Assembly: GCF_058153355.1 (NCBI RefSeq)
Contig: NZ_CM177019.1
Reading direction: 5' to 3' (one strand)
DNA length: 64,000 nucleotides
Shown piece by piece: positions 41,413 to 52,103 of this stretch. Below the pieces are notes generated by a model, which saw nothing but the letters and a program-made list of their open reading frames with translations, was not told where the DNA came from and searched no databases. The stretch's first letter is position 1. Each line of letters opens with the position of its first letter. The translations under genes were made by a program, and so were the position numbers.

Positions 41413-41916
41413 ATGAATAGAACTTTCCAAAGACTTCTGTTGGCTACGCTCTGTGCGCTATTTTCAGCAACTCTCCAGGCCGCTGATGTCACTATCACTG
41501 TTAATGGTCGGGTAGTTGCTAAACCCTGCACTATTCAAACCAAAGAAGCTAGCGTTAATCTCGGGGATCTTTATACACGCAATCTGCAACAACCAGGTTC
41601 TGCATCTGGCTGGCACGATATTACTTTGTCATTAACCGATTGTCCGATTGAAACAAGTGCAGTGACGGCAATCGTAACAGGTTCAACTGACAATACGGGT
41701 TATTACAAAAATGAAGGTAGTGCCGAAAATATTCAAATAGAGCTGAGGGATGATCAGGAGGCGACGTTAAAAAGTGGCGATAGCAAAACGGTTATTGTTG
41801 ATGAGATCACACGTAATGCACAGTTTCCACTTAAGGCAAGAGCTATCACGGTGAATGGAAACGCAAGCCAGGGAACGATCGAGGCGCTAATCAATGTGAT
41901 CTATACCTGGCAATAA
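41413..41916 (+). CDS. ydeR: Fimbrial minor subunit (FimG-like)
   Basis: 167-aa pilin-like ORF with signal peptide; position and length match YdeR. Confidence 0.7.
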   Translation: MNRTFQRLLLATLCALFSATLQAADVTITVNGRVVAKPCTIQTKEASVNLGDLYTRNLQQPGSASGWHDITLSLTDCPIETSAVTAIVTGSTDNTGYYKNEGSAENIQIELRDDQEATLKSGDSKTVIVDEITRNAQFPLKARAITVNGNASQGTIEALINVIYTWQ

Positions 41917-41974
41917 CATCGATTCGATTTTATAAGCCTCTTTTTTAAATCAATTTTTAACCTAAGGATTTATC

Positions 41975-42889
41975 ATGGGAAAAAAAATTAGTATAAATGT
42001 CCTGTTCAGTATTTATTTTCTTTTGATGGCAGGTAAAGTCTTCGCCTTCAGTTGTAATGTTGATGGTGGGTCAAGTATTGGCGCAGGTACAACTTCGGTG
42101 TATGTTAATCTCGATCCTGTCATTCAACCAGGTCAGAATCTGGTTGTAGATTTGTCTCAGCATATAAGTTGCTGGAATGATTACGGCGGCTGGTACGACA
42201 CAGATCATATTAACTTAGTACAAGGCTCAGCTTTCGCAGGCTCCCTACAGTCATATAAAGGATCGCTGTACTGGAATAATGTGACCTACCCCTTTCCGTT
42301 GACGACAAATACCAACGTGCTGGATATTGGTGATAAGACACCGATGCCCTTACCGTTAAAACTCTATATTACCCCTGTCGGGGCGGCCGGTGGCGTTGTC
42401 ATAAACGCGGGAGAAGTTATTGCTCGCATTCATATGTATAAAATTGCAACGTTAGGAAGTGGAAATCCGCGTAACTTTACATGGAATATTATTTCAAATA
42501 ACAGTGTTGTTATGCCAACGGGCGGCTGTACCGTTGATAGTCGTAATGTCACAGTGAGTCTCCCGGACTTTCCTGGAAGCGCAGAAATACCCCTGGGCGT
42601 ATATTGCTCAAGTGAGCAAAAGCTCTCATTTTATCTTTCGGGCGCTACCACTGACAGTGCCCGACAAGTGTTTGCTAATACAGCACCTGACGCAACAAAA
42701 GCATCAGGAGTCGGTGTCTCCCTGATGCGTAATGGAAAAATACTGGCTACGGGAGAAAATGTCTCCCTGGGAACGGTAAATAAAAGCAAAGTACCCCTGG
42801 GCTTAAGTGCAACTTATGGACAGACAGGAAGCAAGGTCGCAGCTGGAGCAGTACAGTCAGTCATTGGCGTTACATTTATCTATGAATAA
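41975..42889 (+). CDS. ydeQ: Two-domain fimbrial tip adhesin (FimH-like, lectin plus pilin domain)
   Basis: 304-aa ORF matching FimH along its length in conserved blocks (..[29 protein letters not shown]..; C-terminal ..[12 protein letters not shown]). Confidence 0.8.
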   Translation: MGKKISINVLFSIYFLLMAGKVFAFSCNVDGGSSIGAGTTSVYVNLDPVIQPGQNLVVDLSQHISCWNDYGGWYDTDHINLVQGSAFAGSLQSYKGSLYWNNVTYPFPLTTNTNVLDIGDKTPMPLPLKLYITPVGAAGGVVINAGEVIARIHMYKIATLGSGNPRNFTWNIISNNSVVMPTGGCTVDSRNVTVSLPDFPGSAEIPLGVYCSSEQKLSFYLSGATTDSARQVFANTAPDATKASGVGVSLMRNGKILATGENVSLGTVNKSKVPLGLSATYGQTGSKVAAGAVQSVIGVTFIYE

Positions 42890-42971
42890 TTGTGATGTTG
42901 ACCCTGTTATACTTTAGGTTGTGCTTTCCATTTACTAAAATTACGCGGATAATTCTTTCCTGAGAGAAATT

Positions 42972-42989
42972 ATCCTACACCTGTAAGAA
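42972..42989. promoter_or_regulatory. Candidate EvgA box upstream of ydeP
   Basis: atcctaca-cc-tgtaagaa, fitting the inverted-repeat consensus TTCYTACA-N2-TGTARGAA; about 250 bp upstream of the ydeP start. Confidence 0.45.
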
Positions 42990-43237
42990 AATCCGCGCAC
43001 AATTGAAGTCAGAGTCTTATTTTATATATTGAAAAGTATGTTAACTTAAAGACTATGAGAGATGATGCTTAACTTATCGCATTTATACTATTCTGTTATG
43101 TGACGATAATGAGTTAAAAATAGAATGAGAGTAGCCCCCTACTCTCATATATCCAAATGGCCGATAAACCCATTATATATACTGCGCATCATCGCTATTA
43201 CAAATCCTAATAATTCATTTCCACACAGGATAAGCTG

Positions 43238-45517
43238 ATGAAGAAAAAAATTGAATCCTACCAGGGAGCTGCCGGTGGTTGGGGGGCTGTCAAATCTGTA
43301 GCGAATGCAGTCCGTAAGCAGATGGATATACGCCAGGAAGTGATTGCCATGTTTGACATGAATAAGCCAGAAGGCTTTGACTGTCCCGGATGTGCATGGC
43401 CAGATCCTAAGCACAGCGCGTCATTCGACATTTGTGAAAACGGCGCAAAAGCAATCGCCTGGGAAGTCACCGATAAGCAGGTGAATGCCTCTTTTTTCGC
43501 TGAGAATACGGTTCAATCATTACTTACCTGGGGAGATCACGAACTCGAGGCTGCGGGGCGTCTCACTCAACCTTTGAAATATGATGCCGTCAGCGACTGT
43601 TACCAGCCATTAAGCTGGCAACAAGCTTTCGACGAAATTGGCGCACGTCTTCAAAGTTATAGTGATCCAAATCAGGTTGAATTCTATACTTCGGGCCGCA
43701 CTTCCAATGAAGCTGCCTTTCTTTATCAGCTTTTTGCCCGTGAATACGGTACCAATAACTTTCCCGACTGCTCAAACATGTGCCATGAACCGACCAGCGT
43801 GGGTTTGGCAGCGAGTATCGGCGTGGGTAAAGGGACCGTGTTACTGGAAGACTTTGAGAAATGCGATTTAGTAATTTGCATTGGGCATAACCCTGGTACA
43901 AACCACCCTCGCATGCTGACTTCGTTGCGCGCTTTAGTGAAACGGGGAGCGAAAATGATTGCCATCAATCCTCTGCAGGAGCGTGGCCTGGAGCGATTTA
44001 CCGCACCACAGAACCCGTTTGAAATGCTGACGAACTCCGAGACTCAATTGGCTAGTGCTTACTATAATGTGCGCATTGGTGGCGATATGGCGTTGCTAAA
44101 GGGGATGATGCGCCTGTTAATTGAGCGCGATGATGCTGCAAGTGCTGCGGGTCGGCCCTCATTGCTGGATGACGAATTCATTCAAACGCATACCGTCGGC
44201 TTTGACGAGCTACGCCGTGACGTTCTCAATTCCGAGTGGAAAGATATCGAACGTATTTCTGGACTAAGTCAGACACAAATCGCCGAACTTGCTGATGCAT
44301 ATGCCGCTGCCGAACGAACCATTATCTGTTACGGAATGGGGATCACTCAGCACGAACATGGTACCCAGAACGTACAGCAACTTGTCAATCTGCTGTTGAT
44401 GAAGGGTAACATTGGCAAGCCTGGTGCGGGTATCTGCCCACTACGTGGTCACTCTAATGTACAGGGCGACCGAACCGTCGGTATCACCGAGAAACCGTCT
44501 GCAGAGTTTCTGGCTCGCCTGGGTGAGCGCTATGGCTTCACCCCACCTCATGCACCTGGACATGCTGCAATCGCCAGCATGCAAGCAATATGTACGGGGC
44601 AAGCTCGAGCATTGATCTGCATGGGGGGCAACTTTGCACTGGCAATGCCAGATCGGGAAGCGAGCGCTGTACCGTTAACGCAATTAGATCTGGCGGTACA
44701 CGTTGCCACAAAGCTTAACCGCTCACATCTGCTGACTGCACGGCATAGCTATATTCTGCCGGTTCTGGGACGTAGCGAGATTGACATGCAAAAAAGCGGT
44801 GCGCAGGCGGTAACCGTTGAGGATTCAATGTCAATGATTCATGCCTCGCGTGGCGTGTTAAAACCCGCAGGTGTCATGCTGAAATCAGAGTGTGCTGTGG
44901 TCGCGGGAATCGCGCAGGCAGCGCTCCCCCAGAGCGTGGTGGCCTGGGAGCATCTGGTGGAAGATTATGATCGCATTCGCAATGACATTGAAGCTGTGCT
45001 GCCAGAGTTCGCCGACTATAACCAGCGCATCCGCCATCCTGGTGGTTTTCACCTGATAAACGCAGCTGCTGAAAGGCGCTGGCTGACGTCGTCAGGTAAG
45101 GCTAATTTTATTACCAGTAAAGGGTTGTTAGAAGATCCCTCTTCGGCGTTTAACAGTAAGCTGGTCATGGCGACAGTGCGCAGTCACGATCAGTACAATA
45201 CGACGATTTATGGTATGGATGACCGCTATCGAGGGGTATTCGGTCAACGAGATGTGGTCTTCATGAGTGCTAAACAAGCTAAAGTTTGCGGTGTAAAAAA
45301 CGGCGAAAGAGTTAATCTTATTGCGCTTACGCCAGACGGTAAGCGCAGCTCACGCCGCATGGATAGATTAAAAGTGGTCATTTACCCTATGGCTGACCGC
45401 TCACTGGTGACCTATTTTCCAGAATCGAATCACATGCTAACACTTGATAACCACGATCCATTAAGTGGCATTCCTGGCTATAAAAGTATTCCGGTTGAAT
45501 TAGAACCATCAAATTAA
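43238..45517 (+). CDS. ydeP: YdeP, molybdopterin-oxidoreductase-like acid-resistance protein
   Basis: 759-aa ORF with N-terminal Cys cluster ([11 protein letters not shown]..) and MopB-type catalytic domain; recognised as YdeP. Confidence 0.85.
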   Translation: MKKKIESYQGAAGGWGAVKSVANAVRKQMDIRQEVIAMFDMNKPEGFDCPGCAWPDPKHSASFDICENGAKAIAWEVTDKQVNASFFAENTVQSLLTWGDHELEAAGRLTQPLKYDAVSDCYQPLSWQQAFDEIGARLQSYSDPNQVEFYTSGRTSNEAAFLYQLFAREYGTNNFPDCSNMCHEPTSVGLAASIGVGKGTVLLEDFEKCDLVICIGHNPGTNHPRMLTSLRALVKRGAKMIAINPLQERGLERFTAPQNPFEMLTNSETQLASAYYNVRIGGDMALLKGMMRLLIERDDAASAAGRPSLLDDEFIQTHTVGFDELRRDVLNSEWKDIERISGLSQTQIAELADAYAAAERTIICYGMGITQHEHGTQNVQQLVNLLLMKGNIGKPGAGICPLRGHSNVQGDRTVGITEKPSAEFLARLGERYGFTPPHAPGHAAIASMQAICTGQARALICMGGNFALAMPDREASAVPLTQLDLAVHVATKLNRSHLLTARHSYILPVLGRSEIDMQKSGAQAVTVEDSMSMIHASRGVLKPAGVMLKSECAVVAGIAQAALPQSVVAWEHLVEDYDRIRNDIEAVLPEFADYNQRIRHPGGFHLINAAAERRWLTSSGKANFITSKGLLEDPSSAFNSKLVMATVRSHDQYNTTIYGMDDRYRGVFGQRDVVFMSAKQAKVCGVKNGERVNLIALTPDGKRSSRRMDRLKVVIYPMADRSLVTYFPESNHMLTLDNHDPLSGIPGYKSIPVELEPSN

Positions 45518-45535
45518 TTCGCCTCCTCATTTCTT

Positions 45536-45566
45536 CTGCTGTCATCCGCACAGCAGAAGAATTCCT
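45536..45566 (+). terminator. Stem-loop downstream of ydeP
   Basis: Perfect 12-bp stem ttcttctgctgt / acagcagaagaa with 7-nt loop. Confidence 0.5.
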
Positions 45567-45635
45567 CATTGACCATTGTCGCGCAATTTACTCACATGTG
45601 CTAAATTAAACTGCTCGCTATAAGATATATACCTC

Positions 45636-45653
45636 CGCCTACAGCTGTAAGAA
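45636..45653. promoter_or_regulatory. Candidate EvgA box upstream of safA-ydeO
   Basis: cgcctaca-gc-tgtaagaa, same half-site architecture as the ydeP site; about 110 bp upstream of safA. Confidence 0.45.
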
Positions 45654-45764
45654 ACTCCGCTCAGTACTGAAGCACCAGTCCTATTTCCTCTTTTTTCCAG
45701 CCTGTTATATTAAGCATACTGATTAACGATTTTTAACGTTATCCGCTAAATAAACATATTTGAA

Positions 45765-45962
45765 ATGCATGCGACCACAGTGAAAAACAAAATCACGCAA
45801 AGAGACAACTATAAAGAAATCATGTCTGTAATTGTGGTTGTCTTATTACTGACACTTACGTTGATAGCCATTTTTTCGGCAATTGATCAGCTGGGTATTT
45901 CAGAAATGGGTCGCATTGCAAGAGATCTTACACATTTCATTATCAATAGTTTGCAAGACTGA
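45765..45962 (+). CDS. safA: SafA, small membrane connector between EvgS/EvgA and PhoQ/PhoP
   Basis: 65-aa ORF with single TM helix (..IMSVIVVVLLLTLTLIAIFSAI..) directly upstream of ydeO. Confidence 0.8.
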   Translation: MHATTVKNKITQRDNYKEIMSVIVVVLLLTLTLIAIFSAIDQLGISEMGRIARDLTHFIINSLQD

Positions 45963-46036
45963 AAATAAACAGCAAATTATAAATATGAAATGCTAAAAAA
46001 GTATCGATAAAAACTTTATTGTTTTAAGGAGATAAA

Positions 46037-46798
46037 ATGTCGCTCGTTTGTTCTGTTATATTTATTCATCATGCCTTCAACGCTAACATTTTAGATAAAG
46101 ATTACGCCTTCTCTGATGGTGAAATCCTGATGGTAGATAACGCTGTTCGTACGCATTTTGAACCTTATGAGCGGCATTTCAAAGAAATTGGATTTAATGA
46201 AAACACCATTAAAAAATATCTACAATGCACTAATATTCAGACAGTGACTATGCCTGTTCCTGCGAAGTTTTTACGTGCTTCAAATGTACCAACTGGATTA
46301 CTTAATGAAATGATTGCTTATCTCAACTCTGAAGAACGCAATCATCAGAATTTTTCTGAACTTTTGCTTTTTTCTTGCCTGTCTATTTTTGCTGCATGCA
46401 AAGGTTTCATTACATTATTAACTAACGGTGTGCTATCCGTATCAGGGAAAGTGAGAAACATTGTCAATATGAAGCTGGCACACCCATGGAAACTAAAAGA
46501 TATTTGTGATTGCCTGTATATTAGTGAAAGCCTGCTGAAGAAAAAACTAAAGCAAGAGCAAACGACATTCTCACAAATTCTTTTAGATGCCAGAATGCAA
46601 CACGCAAAAAATTTGATACGCGTAGAAGGTTCAGTCAATAAAATTGCCGAAAAATGTGGTTATGCCAGTACATCTTATTTTATTTATGCTTTCCGCAAAC
46701 ATTTCGGCAACAGTCCAAAGAGAGTTTCAAAGGAGTACCGTTGTCAAAGGCACACGAATATGAACACGGGCAACACGATGAATGCTTTGGCTAATTGA
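46037..46798 (+). CDS. ydeO: YdeO, AraC-family acid-resistance regulator
   Basis: 253-aa ORF with C-terminal AraC-type HTH (..KIAEKCGYASTSYFIYAFRKHFGNSP..). Confidence 0.85.
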   Translation: MSLVCSVIFIHHAFNANILDKDYAFSDGEILMVDNAVRTHFEPYERHFKEIGFNENTIKKYLQCTNIQTVTMPVPAKFLRASNVPTGLLNEMIAYLNSEERNHQNFSELLLFSCLSIFAACKGFITLLTNGVLSVSGKVRNIVNMKLAHPWKLKDICDCLYISESLLKKKLKQEQTTFSQILLDARMQHAKNLIRVEGSVNKIAEKCGYASTSYFIYAFRKHFGNSPKRVSKEYRCQRHTNMNTGNTMNALAN

Positions 46799-47198
46799 TT
46801 ATTCGCTCACGTATAGTCAACTACAAACGCTAAGTAAGAATTAAAGGGGCAGCTATTACCTGCCCCAATCTGTCGTTACGAATTGTATTTCATGATGAGA
46901 ATTAGTGATATACATCACAAATTTATGCATCTGAATAATCTGTTTCATATTTATTTATGATCTCAATGCAATGAATTACCAAAAAAACACATAATATCAT
47001 TTAATTTCAATCATTTAGTTATTTGGCATTGTGAATTTACCTAGCTCAACAGAAAGCAATGTCAACGCGTTATGGACTATTATTTCTCTTTTTTTAGCCA
47101 AATCTGCTATCTCTTTATGTGACTCACTTCACTTACATCATCTTATTTCTCTTCGTAAAATTACTTTGGAATTAAGTACAATAAGAAGAGGAACATTT

Positions 47199-48881
47199 AT
47201 GAAGTCTGCATTGAAGAAAAGTGTCGTAAGTACCTCGATATCTTTGATACTGGCATCTGGTATGGCTGCATTTACCGCTCATGCGGCAGATGATGTAAAG
47301 CTGAAAGCAACTAAAACAAACGTTGCTTTCTCAGACTTTACGCCGATTGAATACAGTACTAAAGGAAAGCCAAATATCATCGTACTGACCATGGATGATC
47401 TGGGTTATGGACAACTTCCTTTTGATAAGGGTTCTTTTGACCCAAAAACAATGGAAAATCGTGAAGTTGTCGATACCTACAAAATAGGGATAGATAAAGC
47501 CATTGAAGCTGCACAAAAATCAACGCCAACACTCCTTTCGTTAATGGATGAAGGTGTACGTTTTACTAACGGCTATGTGGCGCACGGGGTTTCCGGTCCC
47601 TCCCGCGCCGCAATAATGACCGGTCGAGCGCCCGCTCGTTTTGGTGTGTACTCCAATACTGATGCTCAGGATGGTATTCCGCTGACAGAAACTTTCTTGC
47701 CTGAATTATTCCAGAATCATGGTTATTACACTGCAGCAGTAGGTAAATGGCACTTGTCAAAAATCAGTAATGTGCCAGTACCAGAAGATAAACAAACGCG
47801 TGACTATCATGACAACTTCACCACATTTTCTGCGGAAGAATGGCAACCTCAAAACCGTGGTTTTGATTACTTTATGGGATTCCACGCTGCAGGAACGGCA
47901 TATTATAACTCCCCTTCTCTGTTCAAAAATCGTGAGCGCGTCCCCTCAAAAGGTTATATCAGCGATCAGTTAACCGATGAGGCAATTGGCGTTGTTGATC
48001 GTGCTAAAACACTTGACCAGCCTTTTATGCTTTACCTGGCTTATAATGCTCCGCACCTGCCAAACGACAACCCTGCACCAGAGCAATATCAGAAGCAATT
48101 TAATACCGGTAGCCAAACAGCAGATAACTACTACGCTTCCGTTTATTCTGTTGATCAGGGCGTAAAACGCATTCTTGAACAACTAAAGAAAAACGGACAG
48201 TATGACAATACAATAATTCTATTTACCTCCGACAATGGTGCAGTTATCGATGGTCCTCTGCCGCTGAACGGAGCGCAAAAAGGCTATAAGAGCCAGACTT
48301 ATCCTGGCGGTACTCATACACCAATGTTTATGTGGTGGAAAGGAAAACTTCAGCCCGGTAATTATGACAAGCTGATTTCCGCAATGGATTTCTACCCGAC
48401 AGCTCTTGATGCAGCCGATATCAGCATTCCAAAAGAGCTAAAATTGGATGGTGTTTCATTGCTGCCCTGGTTGCAAGATAAGAAACAAGGTGAGCCACAT
48501 AAAAATCTGACATGGATAACATCTTATTCTCACTGGTTTGATGAGGAAAATATTCCATTCTGGGATAATTACCACAAATTTGTCCGCCATCAGTCAGACG
48601 ATTACCCGCATAACCCCAACACCGAGGACTTAAGCCAATTCTCTTATACGGTGAGAAATAACGATTATTCGCTTGTCTATACAGTAGAAAATAATCAGTT
48701 AGGTCTATACAAACTGACGGATCTACAGCAAAAAGATAACCTTGCCGCCGCCAATCCGCAGGTCGTTAAAGAGATGCAAGGCGTGGTAAGAGAGTTTATC
48801 GACAACAGCCAGCCACCGCTTAGCGAGGTAAATCAGGAGAAGTTTAACAATATCAAGAAAGCACTAAGCGAAGCGAAATAA
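47199..48881 (+). CDS. ydeN: YdeN, periplasmic sulfatase
   Basis: 560 aa from ATG 47199 (RBS AGAGGA); signal peptide plus sulfatase N-terminal signature (..GVSGPSRAAIMTGR..); the six-frame ORF extends 56 codons upstream. Confidence 0.8.
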   Translation: MKSALKKSVVSTSISLILASGMAAFTAHAADDVKLKATKTNVAFSDFTPIEYSTKGKPNIIVLTMDDLGYGQLPFDKGSFDPKTMENREVVDTYKIGIDKAIEAAQKSTPTLLSLMDEGVRFTNGYVAHGVSGPSRAAIMTGRAPARFGVYSNTDAQDGIPLTETFLPELFQNHGYYTAAVGKWHLSKISNVPVPEDKQTRDYHDNFTTFSAEEWQPQNRGFDYFMGFHAAGTAYYNSPSLFKNRERVPSKGYISDQLTDEAIGVVDRAKTLDQPFMLYLAYNAPHLPNDNPAPEQYQKQFNTGSQTADNYYASVYSVDQGVKRILEQLKKNGQYDNTIILFTSDNGAVIDGPLPLNGAQKGYKSQTYPGGTHTPMFMWWKGKLQPGNYDKLISAMDFYPTALDAADISIPKELKLDGVSLLPWLQDKKQGEPHKNLTWITSYSHWFDEENIPFWDNYHKFVRHQSDDYPHNPNTEDLSQFSYTVRNNDYSLVYTVENNQLGLYKLTDLQQKDNLAAANPQVVKEMQGVVREFIDNSQPPLSEVNQEKFNNIKKALSEAK

Positions 48882-48917
48882 CTAAACCTTCATGCGGCGG
48901 ATTTTTCCGCCGCCTTA

Positions 48918-50093
48918 TTGAGCGAGATAGCGATGCACGTTACAGCCAAGCCCTCCAGTTTTCAATGTAATCTCAAATGTGATTACTGTTTTTACCTTGA
49001 AAAAGAGTCGCAGTTTACTCATGAAAAATGGATGGATGACAGCACTCTGAAAGAGTTCATCAAACAATATATCGCAGCGTCTGGCAATCAGGTCTATTTT
49101 ACCTGGCAAGGCGGTGAACCCACTCTGGCTGGCCTGGATTTTTTCCGTAAAGTTATTCACTATCAACAACGCTATGCAGGCCAAAAACGTATTTTTAATG
49201 CATTACAAACGAATGGCATTTTATTGAATAATGAATGGTGTGCCTTTCTCAAAGAACATGAGTTTCTGGTTGGTATCTCGATCGATGGACCCCAGGAGCT
49301 ACATGACCATTACAGACGCAGTAATTCAGGTAACGGTACTTTTGCAAAAGTGATAGCAGCCATCGAGCGTCTGAAATCATATCAAGTAGAGTTTAATACG
49401 TTAACCGTCATTAATAACGTTAATGTCCATTACCCTCTTGAGGTTTATCATTTTTTAAAATCTATCGGCAGTAAACATATGCAATTTATCGAATTGCTCG
49501 AAACCGGGACGCCGAATATTGATTTCAGTGGTCATAGTGAGAACACATTCCGTATCATTGATTTTTCTGTGCCTCCTACGGCTTATGGCAAGTTTATGTC
49601 AACCATTTTTATGCAATGGGTTAAAAACGATGTGGGTGAAATTTTCATCCGTCAGTTTGAAAGCTTTGTCAGCCGTTTTTTGGGGAATGGGCATACCAGC
49701 TGTATTTTCCAGGAGTCCTGCAAGGATAATCTGGTTGTTGAAAGTAATGGAGACATTTACGAATGCGACCATTTTGTCTATCCACAGTACAAAATTGGAA
49801 ACATTAATAAATCTGAACTCAAAACGATGAATAGTGTTCAACTGACAGCGCAAAAAAAACGGATTTCAGCGAAATGTCAGCAATGTGCATATAAACCTAT
49901 CTGCAATGGTGGTTGCCCTAAACATCGTATTACTAAAGTAAACAATGAAACTGTTTCCTATTTTTGCGAAGGTTATAAAATCCTTTTTTCAACCATGGTG
50001 CCTTATATGAACGCCATGGTGGAGTTAGCTAAGAACAGAGTTCCGCTTTACCACATTATGGATGTTGCAAAACAAATGGAGAATAATAAATAA
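48918..50093 (+). CDS. ydeM: YdeM, radical-SAM anaerobic sulfatase-maturating-enzyme homologue
   Basis: Radical-SAM CxxxCxxC motif at the N-terminus (CNLKCDYC) plus C-terminal Cys clusters; follows ydeN. Start could be ATG 48933. Confidence 0.8.
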   Translation: MSEIAMHVTAKPSSFQCNLKCDYCFYLEKESQFTHEKWMDDSTLKEFIKQYIAASGNQVYFTWQGGEPTLAGLDFFRKVIHYQQRYAGQKRIFNALQTNGILLNNEWCAFLKEHEFLVGISIDGPQELHDHYRRSNSGNGTFAKVIAAIERLKSYQVEFNTLTVINNVNVHYPLEVYHFLKSIGSKHMQFIELLETGTPNIDFSGHSENTFRIIDFSVPPTAYGKFMSTIFMQWVKNDVGEIFIRQFESFVSRFLGNGHTSCIFQESCKDNLVVESNGDIYECDHFVYPQYKIGNINKSELKTMNSVQLTAQKKRISAKCQQCAYKPICNGGCPKHRITKVNNETVSYFCEGYKILFSTMVPYMNAMVELAKNRVPLYHIMDVAKQMENNK

Positions 50094-50380
50094 CGCACTC
50101 TATTAGCTTCAGTCTTAGCCTCCTTCTTATGAACTTAACAAGGCACCCGACATAACTTCCTGTCGGGTGTTTCGTCATCATCATCTTCCCGTGCGAAAAT
50201 CCTGGCTTACGAGGTATGCGTCAGGGCATTAGCAATACTCTTGATTATCAATAGCATAACCATAACCACTGAAAATGAAATATTTCTTTATATTTCATAT
50301 TATTAAATGATACTTAAATAAATTTCATCAGTATATCATTGCCATAGATAATCATTGGATGGCACAATCAATTTTCGCTA

Positions 50381-52066
50381 ATGATAACCATTCCCATTAC
50401 GTTTTGTATGTTGATAGCAAAGTATCTCTGTCTGCTGAAGCCCTTTTGGCTGCGTAAGAATAATAAAACTTCAGTGTTGTTAATCATTATTATCCTCGCC
50501 ATGATCCTTGGCGTGGTTAAAATTCAGGTCTGGTTAAACGACTGGAATAATGATTTTTTCAATGCGCTAAGCCAGAAAGAAACTGATAAGCTTTGGCAGC
50601 TTGTCCTTTGGTTCCCTGCCCTGCTGGGGATCTTTGTATTAATATCCGTAAACAAAACATGGTTAATTAAACTACTGACTATTCGCTGGCGCGAATGGTT
50701 AACAGATTACTACCTTAATCGCTGGTTTGCAGATAAAAACTACTATTTCACGCAGATCTACGGCGAGCATAAAAATACAGATAACCCTGACCAACGTATC
50801 GCTGAAGACATTCTCTTACTGATCAGCAAAACGCTCAGCCTTTCATTTGGCTTCATCCAGTCACTTAGCATGCTGATCACCTTTACCGTTATTCTTTGGC
50901 AAAGCGCGGGTACGCTCTCATTCACTGTTGGTGGAACTGAATGGAGTATCCAGGGGTATATGGTCTATACCGTCGTGCTCATTGTGATCGGTGGAACTTT
51001 ATTTACCCATAAGGTTGGTAAACGTATTCGTCCGCTTAATGTGGAAAAACAACGTAGCGAAGCGACATTTCGAACTAATCTTGTGCAGCATAATAAGCAG
51101 GCAGAACTGATTGCGCTAAGCAATGCTGAGTCTCTACAACGCCAGGAGTTGAGCGAAAATTTTCATACCATTAAAGAGAACTGGCATCGTTTAATGAATC
51201 GTCAGCGGTGGCTTGATTACTGGCAGAATATTTATTCGCGCTCGCTTAGCGTTCTTCCCTACTTTCTGTTATTGCCGCAGTTTATTAGCGGACAGATCAA
51301 TCTGGGCGGACTGATGAAATCACGCCAGGCATTTATGCTGGTATCGAACAATTTAAGCTGGTTTATTTATAAATATGATGAACTTGCTGAACTGGCTGCG
51401 GTTATCGATCGCTTGTATGAGTTCCATCAACTCACCGAACAGCGCCCTACGAATAAGCCTAAAAATTGCCAACATGCGGTACAAGTGGCTGACGCGAGTA
51501 TTCGTACTCCTGATAATAAGATCATATTAGAGAACCTGAACTTTCATGTTTCGCCAGGCAAATGGCTATTACTGAAAGGTTACTCTGGTGCGGGAAAAAC
51601 CACACTGCTTAAAACATTATCCCACTGCTGGCCGTGGTTTAAAGGTGATATTTCTTCTCCTGCTGACAGTTGGTATGTGTCACAAACACCGTTAATCAAA
51701 ACCGGCTTACTGAAAGAGATTATTTGTAAAGCACTTCCCCTGTCCGTAGACGATAAATCGTTGAGCGAAGTACTGCATCAGGTTGGTCTGGGGAAATTGG
51801 CTGCGCGTATTCATGATCACGATCGCTGGGGAGATATTCTTTCCAGCGGCGAAAAACAACGTATCGCCCTGGCTCGATTAATTTTACGACGTCCGAAATG
51901 GATATTTCTTGACGAAACTACCTCTCATCTTGAGGAACAAGAGGCAATCCGCTTACTGCGTTTAGTGCGAGAACAACTCCCCACAAGCGGCGTCATTATG
52001 GTTACACATCAACCCGGTGTCTGGAACCTGGTCGATGATATTTGTGACATTAGCGCGGTTATATAA
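50381..52066 (+). CDS. yddA: YddA, fused ABC transporter permease/ATPase
   Basis: 561-aa ORF with N-terminal TM domain and C-terminal ABC ATPase (Walker A GYSGAGKTT; signature LSSGEKQR). Confidence 0.85.
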   Translation: MITIPITFCMLIAKYLCLLKPFWLRKNNKTSVLLIIIILAMILGVVKIQVWLNDWNNDFFNALSQKETDKLWQLVLWFPALLGIFVLISVNKTWLIKLLTIRWREWLTDYYLNRWFADKNYYFTQIYGEHKNTDNPDQRIAEDILLLISKTLSLSFGFIQSLSMLITFTVILWQSAGTLSFTVGGTEWSIQGYMVYTVVLIVIGGTLFTHKVGKRIRPLNVEKQRSEATFRTNLVQHNKQAELIALSNAESLQRQELSENFHTIKENWHRLMNRQRWLDYWQNIYSRSLSVLPYFLLLPQFISGQINLGGLMKSRQAFMLVSNNLSWFIYKYDELAELAAVIDRLYEFHQLTEQRPTNKPKNCQHAVQVADASIRTPDNKIILENLNFHVSPGKWLLLKGYSGAGKTTLLKTLSHCWPWFKGDISSPADSWYVSQTPLIKTGLLKEIICKALPLSVDDKSLSEVLHQVGLGKLAARIHDHDRWGDILSSGEKQRIALARLILRRPKWIFLDETTSHLEEQEAIRLLRLVREQLPTSGVIMVTHQPGVWNLVDDICDISAVI

Positions 52067-52103
52067 AAACAATAAAAGCCCTGCTGTACGGAGATATAAA
52101 TAA

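Noticed and set aside
47031-47198. N-terminal extension of ydeN (616-aa ORF)
   Set aside because: Extension is AT-rich and non-protein-like; a signal peptide and RBS sit at the internal ATG 47199.
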